Virus record (IMG/VR): IMGVR_UViG_3300042992_001693
Location: 1 to 64,000 of that record
Source of the DNA: a virus
Taxonomy: Duplodnaviria; Caudoviricetes
Reading direction: 5' to 3' (one strand)
Length of the DNA stretch: 64,000 nt
Numbering within the stretch: the first letter of the stretch is position 1; the number at the start of each line of letters is the position of its first letter. Below the pieces are notes generated by a model. It ran no database searches. It saw nothing but the letters and a program-made list of their open reading frames with translations, and was not told where the DNA came from. The translations under genes and the position numbers were made by a program. Positions 26,081-35,789 of the stretch are shown here, piece by piece.

Positions 26081-26436
26081 ATTTTATCAGAGTTCCATTT
26101 CTCAATTGTTTTTAGAAATGCTTCAGCACGTTGGCGCGAGGTTGCGTGACATACAGAAAATCTACATGGTAGAGGATTTTCTAATCCGTCATTATTTTTA
26201 AATGTCACATCACAAAGCTCATCCTCAAAAAGTTCAGCTTGCTCAAAATCTAATGTTGCCTCCGCTTCATGCATTGCATTGAGGTCATTGCAATAGTCAG
26301 GGATTTCTTCATCAAATGTATGGTGTTTATATCCAACCACCACCCTTATAGTACCTTCGGTTACACCTATTGTCACATTTTTGTATCCACACGCTTCTGC
26401 AATTGCGATGTTGATTTGTTCGTCTGTCATAATCAT
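26077..26436 (-). CDS. MTDEQIN...DLNAMHEAE family protein, copy 1
   Basis: tandem paralog of 26433..26792. Confidence 0.7.
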   Translation of the reverse strand: MIMTDEQINIAIAEACGYKNVTIGVTEGTIRVVVGYKHHTFDEEIPDYCNDLNAMHEAEATLDFEQAELFEDELCDVTFKNNDGLENPLPCRFSVCHATSRQRAEAFLKTIEKWNSDKI

Positions 26437-26792
26437 ATTTTATCTGAGTTCCATTTCTTAATTGTTTTTAGAAATGCTTCAGCACGTTGGGCTGCGGTTG
26501 CACAAAAAAGATCAGGATACATTCCAGCTTCGGGACTCTCGATGTAACACATTTCCATACTTGTTTTAGGTAAGGTAATCCTATCGAGTTTATTTCCGTA
26601 GTTGTAAAGTTGTTCTTTTGTCAGCATCTTCTCCGCTTCGTGCATTGCGTTGAGGTCATTGAGGTAGTTGGGGAACTCTGGCTCCTTTGACCACCAGAAG
26701 GAGCCGTCTGGAGCATGAGTTTCGTTTTTCTCGTATTTCCATCCACACGCTTTCGCAATTGATATGTTGATTTGTTCGTTTGTCATAATCAT
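26433..26792 (-). CDS. MTNEQIN...DLNAMHEAE family protein, copy 2
   Basis: near-identical termini to copy 1, different middle. Confidence 0.7.
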   Translation of the reverse strand: MIMTNEQINISIAKACGWKYEKNETHAPDGSFWWSKEPEFPNYLNDLNAMHEAEKMLTKEQLYNYGNKLDRITLPKTSMEMCYIESPEAGMYPDLFCATAAQRAEAFLKTIKKWNSDKI

Positions 26793-26971
26793 ATTTTATT
26801 GTTTTTTCCAAACCCAACGCTTTGGTTTCTTTGATTCCAAATACGCTTCACGATCTCTGTCAGCTTGGCAACCTTGTGGTCCTCTGCAAGCACTTCTCAA
26901 AACTCCGTATTTTAAACACGAGCATTCATAAGTGACTTTAGGTTTTTTATTCATATTTTATTAGAGTTCAA

Positions 26972-27166
26972 TTACTGATAATCATTTAACCAAAAGAAGT
27001 CATAATCTCGATCATTGCGAATTACCACAAACTCTGAAGCGCCTCGTTCGTATACTGAGGCAATTGACTTCTTGATATACTCCAATGACTCGTCAAATGC
27101 CATTTCATGCAATTTATGATTGCAATCTCTGTATTCAATAATTGTATCCGAATCATTCATAATCAT
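26972..27166 (-). CDS. hypothetical protein
   Basis: starts at the same junction motif. Confidence 0.55.
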   Translation of the reverse strand: MIMNDSDTIIEYRDCNHKLHEMAFDESLEYIKKSIASVYERGASEFVVIRNDRDYDFFWLNDYQ

Positions 27167-27507
27167 ATTTTACTTTTGTTCCTTCCATTGCCATTCTACT
27201 GATCCGCTGTTATCGACTTTCCATTCTGCATAGCCACGTTCTATAGCTTGTTTTTTGAGCGTGTCTCTTTGCCACAATGCAGCAAATGCTAGAATAATTG
27301 CACAAAAAAACATTACAGCTAAAAATATAAAAGGTCTTGTATCACTCATATTACCAGTGTCGTATTGTATTTGCCATAATGAAAAAGCAGGTAATCAAAT
27401 TCACAATCCAAAAAATTGTTCTTACTATTGCAGCGGCATCAGACTCACGATCATTGTCGCTAATCTTTGATCCCATTGCTTTAGCCCATATTCTCCATAA
27501 CTTCATA

Positions 27508-27732
27508 TCAGCAAAGATTTCTCAATCCGTCTTGTTTAATTTCTTTTAATTCTTGCAACAGTTGCTGTGCTTTTTTTTCTAATGCTTCACGACAATAGTT
27601 GTATGTGCCGTCTGGTCGTTTACCATTCGACACAAGCGCAACAAACTCACGGAGTTTCATAGTTTCAAGCATATGGTAAATTTCAAGTGGACTTAGGTTG
27701 TTCATATCATCATTATACCAAAGTTCCTTCAA
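27508..27732 (-). CDS. hypothetical protein
   Basis: GKRPDGTYNYCREAL motif. Confidence 0.55.
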   Translation of the reverse strand: MKELWYNDDMNNLSPLEIYHMLETMKLREFVALVSNGKRPDGTYNYCREALEKKAQQLLQELKEIKQDGLRNLC

Positions 27733-27742
27733 ATGTAAATAC

Positions 27743-28411
27743 TTAAATGTATCTTAATTTAAATTCACCATCGGAATAAATTTCCACATAAGAACATTGA
27801 TGGTCGCAAAAAGATCCAGAGTTTATGTAAACGCATGTTTCAAATTGTTTTATTTCAGCATGATGTGTATGACCAGCAAGCAAGACATGATATTTCTTTC
27901 CATGTTTGTCTGCAAATTTTCGAGATACAATATCTTTGGCATCAATCCAAGATTTACTCAATCGTTTTAAAAACCTTGATGTTTTGTGAGATCTATCACA
28001 TTTTTGAATCCAATAATAGAGTCCAGTAAAAAACCATGTTAAAAATGGTCGGTGTTTAATCCAGTAATCATACTTGTCACCATGTTCAAAAAAGAATCTT
28101 TTGTTATTGATTGTAGTCGCGTAATTTTCGAGAAGCTCCATTCCAGTAATCGCACTTAAAAATTCAGCATTGCTGTCATGATTCCCCTTGACAAGAACTA
28201 CGTTATGACTCTTTGAAAGTTTGCGTATTTTTCCAAGAATTTTCCAGTCACGTTTATCATAACGTTTAAATGAATAGTTATCAAACAAATCGCCATTAAT
28301 TATAAGTGTATTAAATTTTAAGTTTAGCACCCGTAAGACTTTTTCTTTTTGACTTACATCAGTACCTAAATGAATATCACTTATAACTAAAACTTCGATC
28401 ATAGTTCCCAA
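27743..28411 (-). CDS. LpxH-like metallophosphoesterase (UDP-2,3-diacylglucosamine hydrolase family)
   Basis: VISDIHLG, INGDLFD, VKGNHD, FEHGDKYD, AGHTH, YINSG. Confidence 0.8.
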   Translation of the reverse strand: MGTMIEVLVISDIHLGTDVSQKEKVLRVLNLKFNTLIINGDLFDNYSFKRYDKRDWKILGKIRKLSKSHNVVLVKGNHDSNAEFLSAITGMELLENYATTINNKRFFFEHGDKYDYWIKHRPFLTWFFTGLYYWIQKCDRSHKTSRFLKRLSKSWIDAKDIVSRKFADKHGKKYHVLLAGHTHHAEIKQFETCVYINSGSFCDHQCSYVEIYSDGEFKLRYI

Positions 28412-28686
28412 TATCTCCTGTGTACACTATCACCACACTGCTCGCAGTCATGCTCGTCAGTTTCCCAATTGTCTGGTTGAAAGCATTGAATCAAATCGTC
28501 GAGACTTACAGTGTGTTGTTTTAATTCTTTTTTAAACTGCTCACAAAGATAGTCTACAAACTCGTCAGTTTCTTCATCGGTAAGACAGGTTGGTTCATAC
28601 TCACCACCAACAACTTTGTCATTGATTTCAGTACAGAATGTCGTACATCCTTCGCTAATTGTAATTTTATATTTCATTTGTCCCAA
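28399..28686 (-). CDS. hypothetical protein with C-terminal CxxC
   Basis: HDCEQCGD. Confidence 0.55.
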   Translation of the reverse strand: MGQMKYKITISEGCTTFCTEINDKVVGGEYEPTCLTDEETDEFVDYLCEQFKKELKQHTVSLDDLIQCFQPDNWETDEHDCEQCGDSVHRRYWEL

Positions 28687-28848
28687 GAATAGCCAAAAAA
28701 GTTATGAATTGAAAACCAACCATATTTCAGTTTGGTTTGACGATGATAATCATTATAAGAAATCTTTGGTAAAAAATTATCTCTTTCTAATTGTAAATGC
28801 CAATAAATAAATCGAATGTTAATTAGTGTGTTGTCCATATTTTATATT

Positions 28849-29229
28849 TCATTTTAATAATTCTGGATTTTCAAAAATATTTCCAACTACTTCAATATCA
28901 TCCTCCCCCCAAATTCCCCGAATATCATTTTTATTAATCCAAGTTAAAAAACACCCTTCATCAAAAATCACTTTGCCGACAAAGTTTTCATTTTCGTATT
29001 GGTCAGATGTCGCTTTTACAATATCTCCCTCATAAATCTCATCACCGTTTTTATCTTTGAGTCCAGTGTATTGTTGAGGAGTTATATCATCGAATGGAGC
29101 AATATCAACATAATTGCATTCCCCCTGACAATCATATGTCACCATATCATCTATAAAATTGATTGCTTTTAAATAGACAAATCTTTTTTCTTTTTTGTGC
29201 CAATAGCGAAATTTAATTTCTCTGCTCAT
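28849..29229 (-). CDS. YopX family protein
   Basis: MSREIKFR.W, QYTGLKDKNG.EIYEGDIV, IEVVGNIFENPELL. Confidence 0.9.
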   Translation of the reverse strand: MSREIKFRYWHKKEKRFVYLKAINFIDDMVTYDCQGECNYVDIAPFDDITPQQYTGLKDKNGDEIYEGDIVKATSDQYENENFVGKVIFDEGCFLTWINKNDIRGIWGEDDIEVVGNIFENPELLK

Positions 29230-29744
29230 AGTCTCGCTTTGATAAACTCTACAACATCTTCAAAGAAATATTCGTCATCATCATTCAAGCCATAATACTC
29301 TCTTGTTTGATAGTAGTTTTTAGTGACGATGCCCATCATGTCCATCTTGTTGTAATTATAGCGAGGTGGAAGATTATCAATCAATACATTGTCTTTGTCT
29401 GCGATAGGCATTGGAAGTGTGCCTTCGCCACCATAACCATGTGAAATGCTATACTGCTGAATGTCTTCGCGTGTGTAGATGTGATCGTTATCTAAACCAA
29501 ACTCACCAAGTCGATTTAATTCGTGAGCATAGTCACGAGTAGCGCTTGTAAGAATATAAACGTTTTCTTTGCCTACGACACTGTTGTAGTATTCAAAGAG
29601 TCGCTTTGCGCACGGACGAATCATCGTACGATAGGTATGCATGTCTTCACTGAGTATAAACTCAACATACTCGCTAGGCGGCACGCTGTTTGCATATGTA
29701 TGCAAGATACACTCATCTAAATCTTGGAATATTCTTTTAATCAT
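29226..29744 (-). CDS. HAD/NIF-like phosphatase
   Basis: IFQDLDECILHT (DxD), IRPCA, ILTSA, VLIDN. Confidence 0.75.
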   Translation of the reverse strand: MIKRIFQDLDECILHTYANSVPPSEYVEFILSEDMHTYRTMIRPCAKRLFEYYNSVVGKENVYILTSATRDYAHELNRLGEFGLDNDHIYTREDIQQYSISHGYGGEGTLPMPIADKDNVLIDNLPPRYNYNKMDMMGIVTKNYYQTREYYGLNDDDEYFFEDVVEFIKARL

Positions 29745-29766
29745 AAATTAATCATCTAAAAATAAG

Positions 29767-29997
29767 TTATAGTTCGTAATCTCTAATCAAAAATGCTGGA
29801 GTTCTTTCCCCGACATAAGCACCTAATTGATTGAATTCATAATACTCAACAGCCTCTTCATAAGACATACCACCTTTTTGAAGTTTTTCAAGAACTAATT
29901 CTCTATCATATAGAATATAGGACTCTCCCCCAAATCTTTCAACAACTCCAATGATACAATCGTCGTATCCATCCATCTTGAGTAAATCTTCGTCCAT
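29767..29997 (-). CDS. conserved phage hypothetical protein
   Basis: DGYDDCIIGV...EEAVEYYEFN.LGAYVGE.TP. Confidence 0.7.
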   Translation of the reverse strand: MDEDLLKMDGYDDCIIGVVERFGGESYILYDRELVLEKLQKGGMSYEEAVEYYEFNQLGAYVGERTPAFLIRDYEL

Positions 29998-30338
29998 TAT
30001 TGGTCTTCTATTTTTTTGATAATAGCTTCAGTTCCTTGAATCATATCCACAACCTTATCATCTTCCATAACAAAAAGACGAGGAATTGATTTCACATTAT
30101 TATCTTTAAAAAATTTAATGTCAACATCAGCATCTTTTATTTCAACTTTATCAAATAAATTTTTAGCTTTTAATTGAGATTTGATCATTTGGCACGGTCC
30201 GCACCATCCTGCACTTGCTAATATTAATTTACTCATTTGCTTTTTCTTTCTAAAAATAAAATCATAGTTTTCTCTTCCTTCTTTTGTCAGAGATTTTGAT
30301 TTAATTTCATCTCCAGTAATTGGATTGGTTGTTGCCAT
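29997..30338 (-). CDS. glutaredoxin-like protein with N-terminal extension
   Basis: WCGPC, VKSIPRL; preceded in frame by MATTNPITGDEIKSK...NYDFIFRKKK. Confidence 0.75.
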   Translation of the reverse strand: MATTNPITGDEIKSKSLTKEGRENYDFIFRKKKQMSKLILASAGWCGPCQMIKSQLKAKNLFDKVEIKDADVDIKFFKDNNVKSIPRLFVMEDDKVVDMIQGTEAIIKKIEDQ

Positions 30339-30340
30339 AA

Positions 30341-30577
30341 TTATTCAAAAATTTCTCTTCTTACCTTGGTTGTATATTCATCTTCAGAAGAGCAATTAAA
30401 CACATAATCATAAAGCCAATCATTATCCCAACCAATCTCATCAGTCAACTCGGAATAAATAAGTTCTTGCGCTTCTTGAAGCTTAATTACCGCTTCTCTC
30501 GCTGCTTCTACTTTCGTCTGTTGTTCTTTGTTTAACTTCTTCATATCTTTCTTTTGATTGATTGTATGCAAGTGCAA
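30341..30577 (-). CDS. hypothetical protein
   Basis: 78-aa ORF; probable start MKKLN. Confidence 0.55.
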   Translation of the reverse strand: MHLHTINQKKDMKKLNKEQQTKVEAAREAVIKLQEAQELIYSELTDEIGWDNDWLYDYVFNCSSEDEYTTKVRREIFE

Positions 30578-30648
30578 GGTTTAATTTTTGTATTGTTTTT
30601 GGATTACACGGAAATGTTTTACCACGAAAGGTATATAGTTTTTCTTCT

Positions 30649-31449
30649 TCAGCTTTCATACCATCTATCTATTTTTTCTCTGTATTCTTTAATTAAAATT
30701 CTAATGTTGCTTAGAGCATGACCAAGATCATTTTCATCCATAATAGTCTCAGCAAGTTTACACTCACGATCAATATTGTCAATAAGCTTTTGTTCAACTG
30801 TTGGATATTTTTTACGATTCTCTCTGAACTGCACTTCCATTTCTTTGCGTTGAGCTGCGACCTTTGCTTTACTTTCTGCAAGTTCTTCATCGGTTAATTT
30901 TTGCGGCTCTTCATGTTTAACTAACTCGATATCACCAACCAACTTACCATCTTTAAAAAGTGCAGAATATTCTATCCATCCACGGACGAACCTCATCCAC
31001 TCATCGCTATTTCCAGCATGATCATCGAGTTCATGATATTCTGGATGACTATAGCTTTCATAGAAGTGAATGTTTCCGCTAAAACATTCTTTCTCATACC
31101 ACTCTGCTTCGACTACAAAGTGACCCATCGCAGCTATCTTTTCACTAAACGGTGCATCGTCTGCAACCTTTTTACCCTCTTCCCAACGACCTTCAACCTG
31201 CTTAAACCATAATTGGCCATTCCCATCAATCCTGTAAGTTGACATTGCTTGGTTTGGTGTGTCCTTTGTTTGAAAGGCAATATCACTCACTTTATCTCCC
31301 CAAAGAGAGATAACTGCATCTGGCAACTCTGGTAGAGTTGTTCCTACTCTTATATAATCGTACATTCCCATAATTTTTATTTTGTTAGTGATTGCGCTAC
31401 AATTAAGCCTAAGTTGGATATAGCATATCCTCCCCACACTACTGCCCAT
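30649..31449 (-). CDS. hypothetical protein (MGMYDY family)
   Basis: probable start MGMYDYI; FQTKD, GNIHFYE, W.EY.ALF.DG. Confidence 0.65.
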   Translation of the reverse strand: MGSSVGRICYIQLRLNCSAITNKIKIMGMYDYIRVGTTLPELPDAVISLWGDKVSDIAFQTKDTPNQAMSTYRIDGNGQLWFKQVEGRWEEGKKVADDAPFSEKIAAMGHFVVEAEWYEKECFSGNIHFYESYSHPEYHELDDHAGNSDEWMRFVRGWIEYSALFKDGKLVGDIELVKHEEPQKLTDEELAESKAKVAAQRKEMEVQFRENRKKYPTVEQKLIDNIDRECKLAETIMDENDLGHALSNIRILIKEYREKIDRWYES

Positions 31450-31596
31450 GCATAATTTTGTTTATATGCATGAGCAATGCATACACAAGTATATAGTATA
31501 AAAGCTAAAAATACAACTATATTTTCAAATGTTAACTGCATATATGTTTAAATTGTGTGTTATAAGTCAAGTTCTGCTTGACCTGTTGTGCATATC

Positions 31597-32607
31597 TTAA
31601 TCTAGTTTTTTATTAGTGAATTTTTTCTTATAAAACTCAACAGTTTCTTTTAAAGCATCGTCAAATTTTTTAAATTCTGATTTGTATGTCATTTTTTCTG
31701 ATGCTATTGCGTATCTAAAATCATGTCCTTTACGATCTTCGACAAATTCAATTGCATCTTCAATCTTTTTATCACCGTTGTACAATATGTCAAGAATTTT
31801 TTTAATCAAATCTAAATTTGAATATTCAAAAGCTTCTGGAGAAGATACATTGTATACTTGACCAGACTCTCCTCGGTCGGCAATTTCAAGGATACACTTG
31901 TTGTGATCTTCAACAAAAATCCACTCTCTTACATTTTCTCCTTTACCATAAACTGGTATTTTTTTATCGTTTAATAAACTTTTAAGAATTGTTGGAATGA
32001 ATTTTTCGTCATGTTGATTAGGACCAAAATTGTTACAGCATCTTGTAACAAGAATATCCATACCGAATGTTTGGTTAAATGCCAATGCTAGTAAATCAGA
32101 TGCAGCTTTTGATGCTGAATACGGACTTCTTGGATTTAATGGTGTGCTTTCTAAAAATACTCCCTCGTTTGCTGGCAATTGTCCATATACTTCATCAGTC
32201 GAAATACAAATAATTCTAGCATCGGGATTATTAGTTTTCATGAATTCTAATAATTTAGAAGTTCCCACAACATTACTAGTTATAAAACTAGTGGGATCAT
32301 TTATTGATCTATCTACATGAGATTCTGCTGCAAAATGAAAAACATAATCAAATTTTGTTTTGTTTAAAATTCCATTATAAAAGAAACTTTTATTACAATC
32401 TAGCTCACATATATCCATATGGATTTCTCTGTAATTATTATATTTTGAAAGTACCGAACCTGTTAATTTTCTGTGACCAATTCCCCATTTATCAATATTA
32501 AATATATCAACTTTTTTATAATTATCATTAATATATTCTATAAAATTGCTTCCAATAAAGCCACATCCTCCTGTAATTAGAACCGATTTTCCATTTAAAT
32601 CAATCAT
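31597..32607 (-). CDS. rmlB: dTDP-glucose 4,6-dehydratase
   Basis: VLITGGCGFIGSN, HFAAESHVDRS, STDEVYG, PYSASKA, RCCNNFGP, REWIFVEDH, DRKGHDFRY. Confidence 0.95.
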   Translation of the reverse strand: MIDLNGKSVLITGGCGFIGSNFIEYINDNYKKVDIFNIDKWGIGHRKLTGSVLSKYNNYREIHMDICELDCNKSFFYNGILNKTKFDYVFHFAAESHVDRSINDPTSFITSNVVGTSKLLEFMKTNNPDARIICISTDEVYGQLPANEGVFLESTPLNPRSPYSASKAASDLLALAFNQTFGMDILVTRCCNNFGPNQHDEKFIPTILKSLLNDKKIPVYGKGENVREWIFVEDHNKCILEIADRGESGQVYNVSSPEAFEYSNLDLIKKILDILYNGDKKIEDAIEFVEDRKGHDFRYAIASEKMTYKSEFKKFDDALKETVEFYKKKFTNKKLD

Positions 32608-32669
32608 AAGAATAATTTACCACCCTATTGCAAATTGTCAATCTCGTTGTAATTAAATTAAATAATTTT

Positions 32670-33143
32670 ATGGAATATCAAGATGACAGTTTAGATGAAG
32701 TCGCTGATAGCATTATAGACCAACTTAAAAATCAGGGTCAAAATTTAAAAAATATTGAAAAAGATTATCCAGAACTTTCTCCAGAAGATGTCGATTCTTT
32801 TATTTTAAAATATGGATCAAAGGCTGTTATTGATCTTGCTGATGTACTGAAAGAGCAAGCGGATCTTGTAAAACAAACAGGAGACGAAAAACAAGTACTG
32901 GCATTGGCTGAATTGGCAAAATCATTTCAAGGAAATTTAGAAGTATTACAAAAGAGAAGCATTGCAAATAATAAAAATGACACTGCTGTAAAAATAAAAC
33001 AAATGGATATTGATAGTAAAAAAGAATCTCAAGAACATGAAGAGATGACTCGGTTAACTATGAGCAGAGAAGAACTTTTTAAAATTATGATTCAACAAAC
33101 AGCAGATGTTCAAAAAGAAAATAATAAAGTTATAGATATATAA
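32670..33143 (+). CDS. late helical protein, possibly terminase small subunit-like
   Basis: start reassigned to MEYQDD (TAAATA-N5-ATG); helical with C-terminal LTMSREELFK. Confidence 0.4.
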   Translation: MEYQDDSLDEVADSIIDQLKNQGQNLKNIEKDYPELSPEDVDSFILKYGSKAVIDLADVLKEQADLVKQTGDEKQVLALAELAKSFQGNLEVLQKRSIANNKNDTAVKIKQMDIDSKKESQEHEEMTRLTMSREELFKIMIQQTADVQKENNKVIDI

Positions 33144-34064
33144 TTATTTTTTTATTCCCAGTTGACCAACGTTAGTACTCAATTCATACTCGACATTTTT
33201 AGTTTCGGTTTCAATTTTCAAGCTGCTTTTTCTTCTTTCAAAAGAATCATAAATATCACCCATTAAATCAGTTTCAACTTCTTCTCCGTTTATATCTACA
33301 ACAACTCTAGAGTTTGATGATTTTGATGTGTTTTTAGATGAGTCGAATGAATTGTATGTTTTCTTATCATAAAATATTCTATAATTTTCATCTTCTAAAT
33401 ATGTTTTAACTTTTGAAAAAATATCAGAACTTATCTGTGTCAATACATTATAAAAAAATCTATCACGAACACAATAAGTGCCATATGCTTGACTTTGCCA
33501 AGATCCTGAATCTTCAGTGTCTATTCTATCTTGAGGTTTTTTATCTATCAACGGCAATGTATTATCAATACAAGAAGTTGGTATCATACCACTTCTAAAA
33601 ACATTTTCTGTTATTGTACTTCCTTCAATGGATATATCTTGTAAAAATTTTGGAATTTTATTATACACATCAACAGTTTGTCCAATCGGAGCTGATGAAT
33701 TTGGAACTATGGTAACATTAGAATTCGTCACTTCTATATTTCCACATCTTCCCATTATATCTGGTATGTTTTTAAAATATTTTTTATTTTTTGATAATTC
33801 TCTGGTATATTGACCCAATGGTCCTCCCAACAATTGATTTACATAATAACGAACGGTGAATATATCTAATTGAGAACCTTCAGAATCTAGCTTGTTTATA
33901 AATTTTTCAAGTTGATTAAGTCCTAATTCATAAACTTTTTTAAATTCTTCCATGAATTCTCTATCCTTGGAAGTAAACTCTGGAAATTCATTAAGATTCT
34001 TGATGTTTTCAAGATCTTCTTTTGTGAACTCTATAGCTCTTAATATTTCAACTTTATTTCGCAT
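33144..34064 (-). CDS. hypothetical virion-region protein
   Basis: 306-aa ORF at the end of the baseplate operon. Confidence 0.6.
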   Translation of the reverse strand: MRNKVEILRAIEFTKEDLENIKNLNEFPEFTSKDREFMEEFKKVYELGLNQLEKFINKLDSEGSQLDIFTVRYYVNQLLGGPLGQYTRELSKNKKYFKNIPDIMGRCGNIEVTNSNVTIVPNSSAPIGQTVDVYNKIPKFLQDISIEGSTITENVFRSGMIPTSCIDNTLPLIDKKPQDRIDTEDSGSWQSQAYGTYCVRDRFFYNVLTQISSDIFSKVKTYLEDENYRIFYDKKTYNSFDSSKNTSKSSNSRVVVDINGEEVETDLMGDIYDSFERRKSSLKIETETKNVEYELSTNVGQLGIKK

Positions 34065-34076
34065 TGTGTTTATTTG

Positions 34077-35390
34077 TTATTCAGCATCATCGCTAACATT
34101 ACTAGTTGGACCTATATATGTTTTTGTACAAAAAAATTGATTTCTATATAAATCAGCATAAAATATATGTTGAATTTCTGTTACCAACCATCTACCAAGT
34201 AATTTTTCATCACTTTTCCATTGTTCTTTTTTTGTTTTATATATATCTATGAATTTACCACTTTGTCTAAATGTATCTCCCAAATTGACAAATGTCGCTT
34301 GTAAATTATAAAATATCAAAGCGGCATTCATTTCAGCTTCAATTATCTTAACACTATCTTCAATTTGAAAAGGCATTCTATAATGCTTAAATTTCTCTGG
34401 TAATGTATTATTGAATACTAAACAGGGTTTTGGCTTACCACCTATTGAACTGAAAACATCAACAAACTTTTTCTTCCACTTGTCTTTTAATTTTTTAATA
34501 TCTATTTTTTTAATTTTAGTTTCTCCCAAAATAGGATCATAACCATGCACTATTCTATTTACAAAAAAATTATTTGTAATATCATGAGATGGTGTTGAAT
34601 ATCCTATATTTCTACTACCCCCAATGTATGTTCCAGTCTCAGCGTCTGCAGGAGGGTTGTTTGGATTACTTGGATCAAATTCGCTGGTTAAATCTCCAAT
34701 CGCAAAAGCATCCATTAAATTTTCTTTCTTTTTATTATCTTCAAACAATTTTGAAATTAATTGAAGATTGAATTTTTCTTTAGAATGATCCCATTGCAAA
34801 AATGCCTTTACATAAATATCATCCGCCTTTGCATAAAAAACTCGCAACAAATAATATACAAGATCTATATACCTCCAATTTAAAGGTGGTATGTATGATA
34901 ATTCAAAATCTCCAGATTCCCAATCACCAATTTTATCTTCTCCTAAAAGTTCTTTAAAAATATCTTTTAAAATATCTCCAACTTTACCTGAAAATGTTTT
35001 TGCGTATGGTATTTTTTCTAAAAATGGTAATACTTTAGCATCAACTAAATTGAAAGTTTTAATATTTTCTAATCTATTGTCGGGATATCCAGCATTATCA
35101 TCGCTAGTTATACAAAATGTGTTTTCATATTTTTCTTTTTTACCATCTTTGGCTTTGAACATTATTTTAAATTTGTCTCTGCCATCTCCTCTTATAAAAT
35201 ATTTATTTTCTACAAAATCATAAGGGTTAGCAATTGATATTGTACCAGATTCAAACGGTTCGAATATATTATCAACCAATGTCATTCCTTTAACAGCAGA
35301 TTTCGTGAATTTAACTTCTTGACCATCCGAATTGGTCAATTTAAATTCACACTCAAATTCAGCATCGTTGATTTTAAAAATGTCAGCCAT
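34077..35390 (-). CDS. putative baseplate hub protein
   Basis: synteny after gp53-like; DNIFEPFESGTISI, QSGKFIDI, GRWLVTEIQH.F. Confidence 0.45.
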   Translation of the reverse strand: MADIFKINDAEFECEFKLTNSDGQEVKFTKSAVKGMTLVDNIFEPFESGTISIANPYDFVENKYFIRGDGRDKFKIMFKAKDGKKEKYENTFCITSDDNAGYPDNRLENIKTFNLVDAKVLPFLEKIPYAKTFSGKVGDILKDIFKELLGEDKIGDWESGDFELSYIPPLNWRYIDLVYYLLRVFYAKADDIYVKAFLQWDHSKEKFNLQLISKLFEDNKKKENLMDAFAIGDLTSEFDPSNPNNPPADAETGTYIGGSRNIGYSTPSHDITNNFFVNRIVHGYDPILGETKIKKIDIKKLKDKWKKKFVDVFSSIGGKPKPCLVFNNTLPEKFKHYRMPFQIEDSVKIIEAEMNAALIFYNLQATFVNLGDTFRQSGKFIDIYKTKKEQWKSDEKLLGRWLVTEIQHIFYADLYRNQFFCTKTYIGPTSNVSDDAE

Positions 35391-35788
35391 TAATAATGTC
35401 TCCCTCCGAAAATTGTAGAGTTAGTGATATCAACATATATGGAAGTTTTATATACAATTGGTATGTATGATATTTCCGTTCCTCCATTCACATAAAATGG
35501 TGCGCCATCGAATTTATCTTTATTAAGTAAATATATTATCCACCAACTTTTAATATCTCCATAAATTCTATATGATAGTGTTGTTAGTGGTGTTCTAGCT
35601 TGTACATTATAAAATTCTAAAAATTGGTTTCCTAATGTTGGAAATTCTATCTTTTTAAGAATATTATATGTATAAAATTCTTTATCATCTATAGATTGTT
35701 TGAATATTTTAAATATTCTTTCATAATCTTCGATGTTTAATGCGCTCAAAGATGTAATCTCATTTTGATATTGACCAGCGTCCACCAT
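35390..35788 (-). CDS. baseplate wedge gp53-like (LysM-like)
   Basis: TLSYRIYGDIKSWWIIYLLN. Confidence 0.7.
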   Translation of the reverse strand: MVDAGQYQNEITSLSALNIEDYERIFKIFKQSIDDKEFYTYNILKKIEFPTLGNQFLEFYNVQARTPLTTLSYRIYGDIKSWWIIYLLNKDKFDGAPFYVNGGTEISYIPIVYKTSIYVDITNSTIFGGRHY

Positions 35789-35789
35789 A

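Noticed and set aside
26069-27172. CRISPR array or integron attC sites
   Set aside because: Repeats are 16-19 nt, non-palindromic and separated by whole genes; no cas gene or integrase in the window
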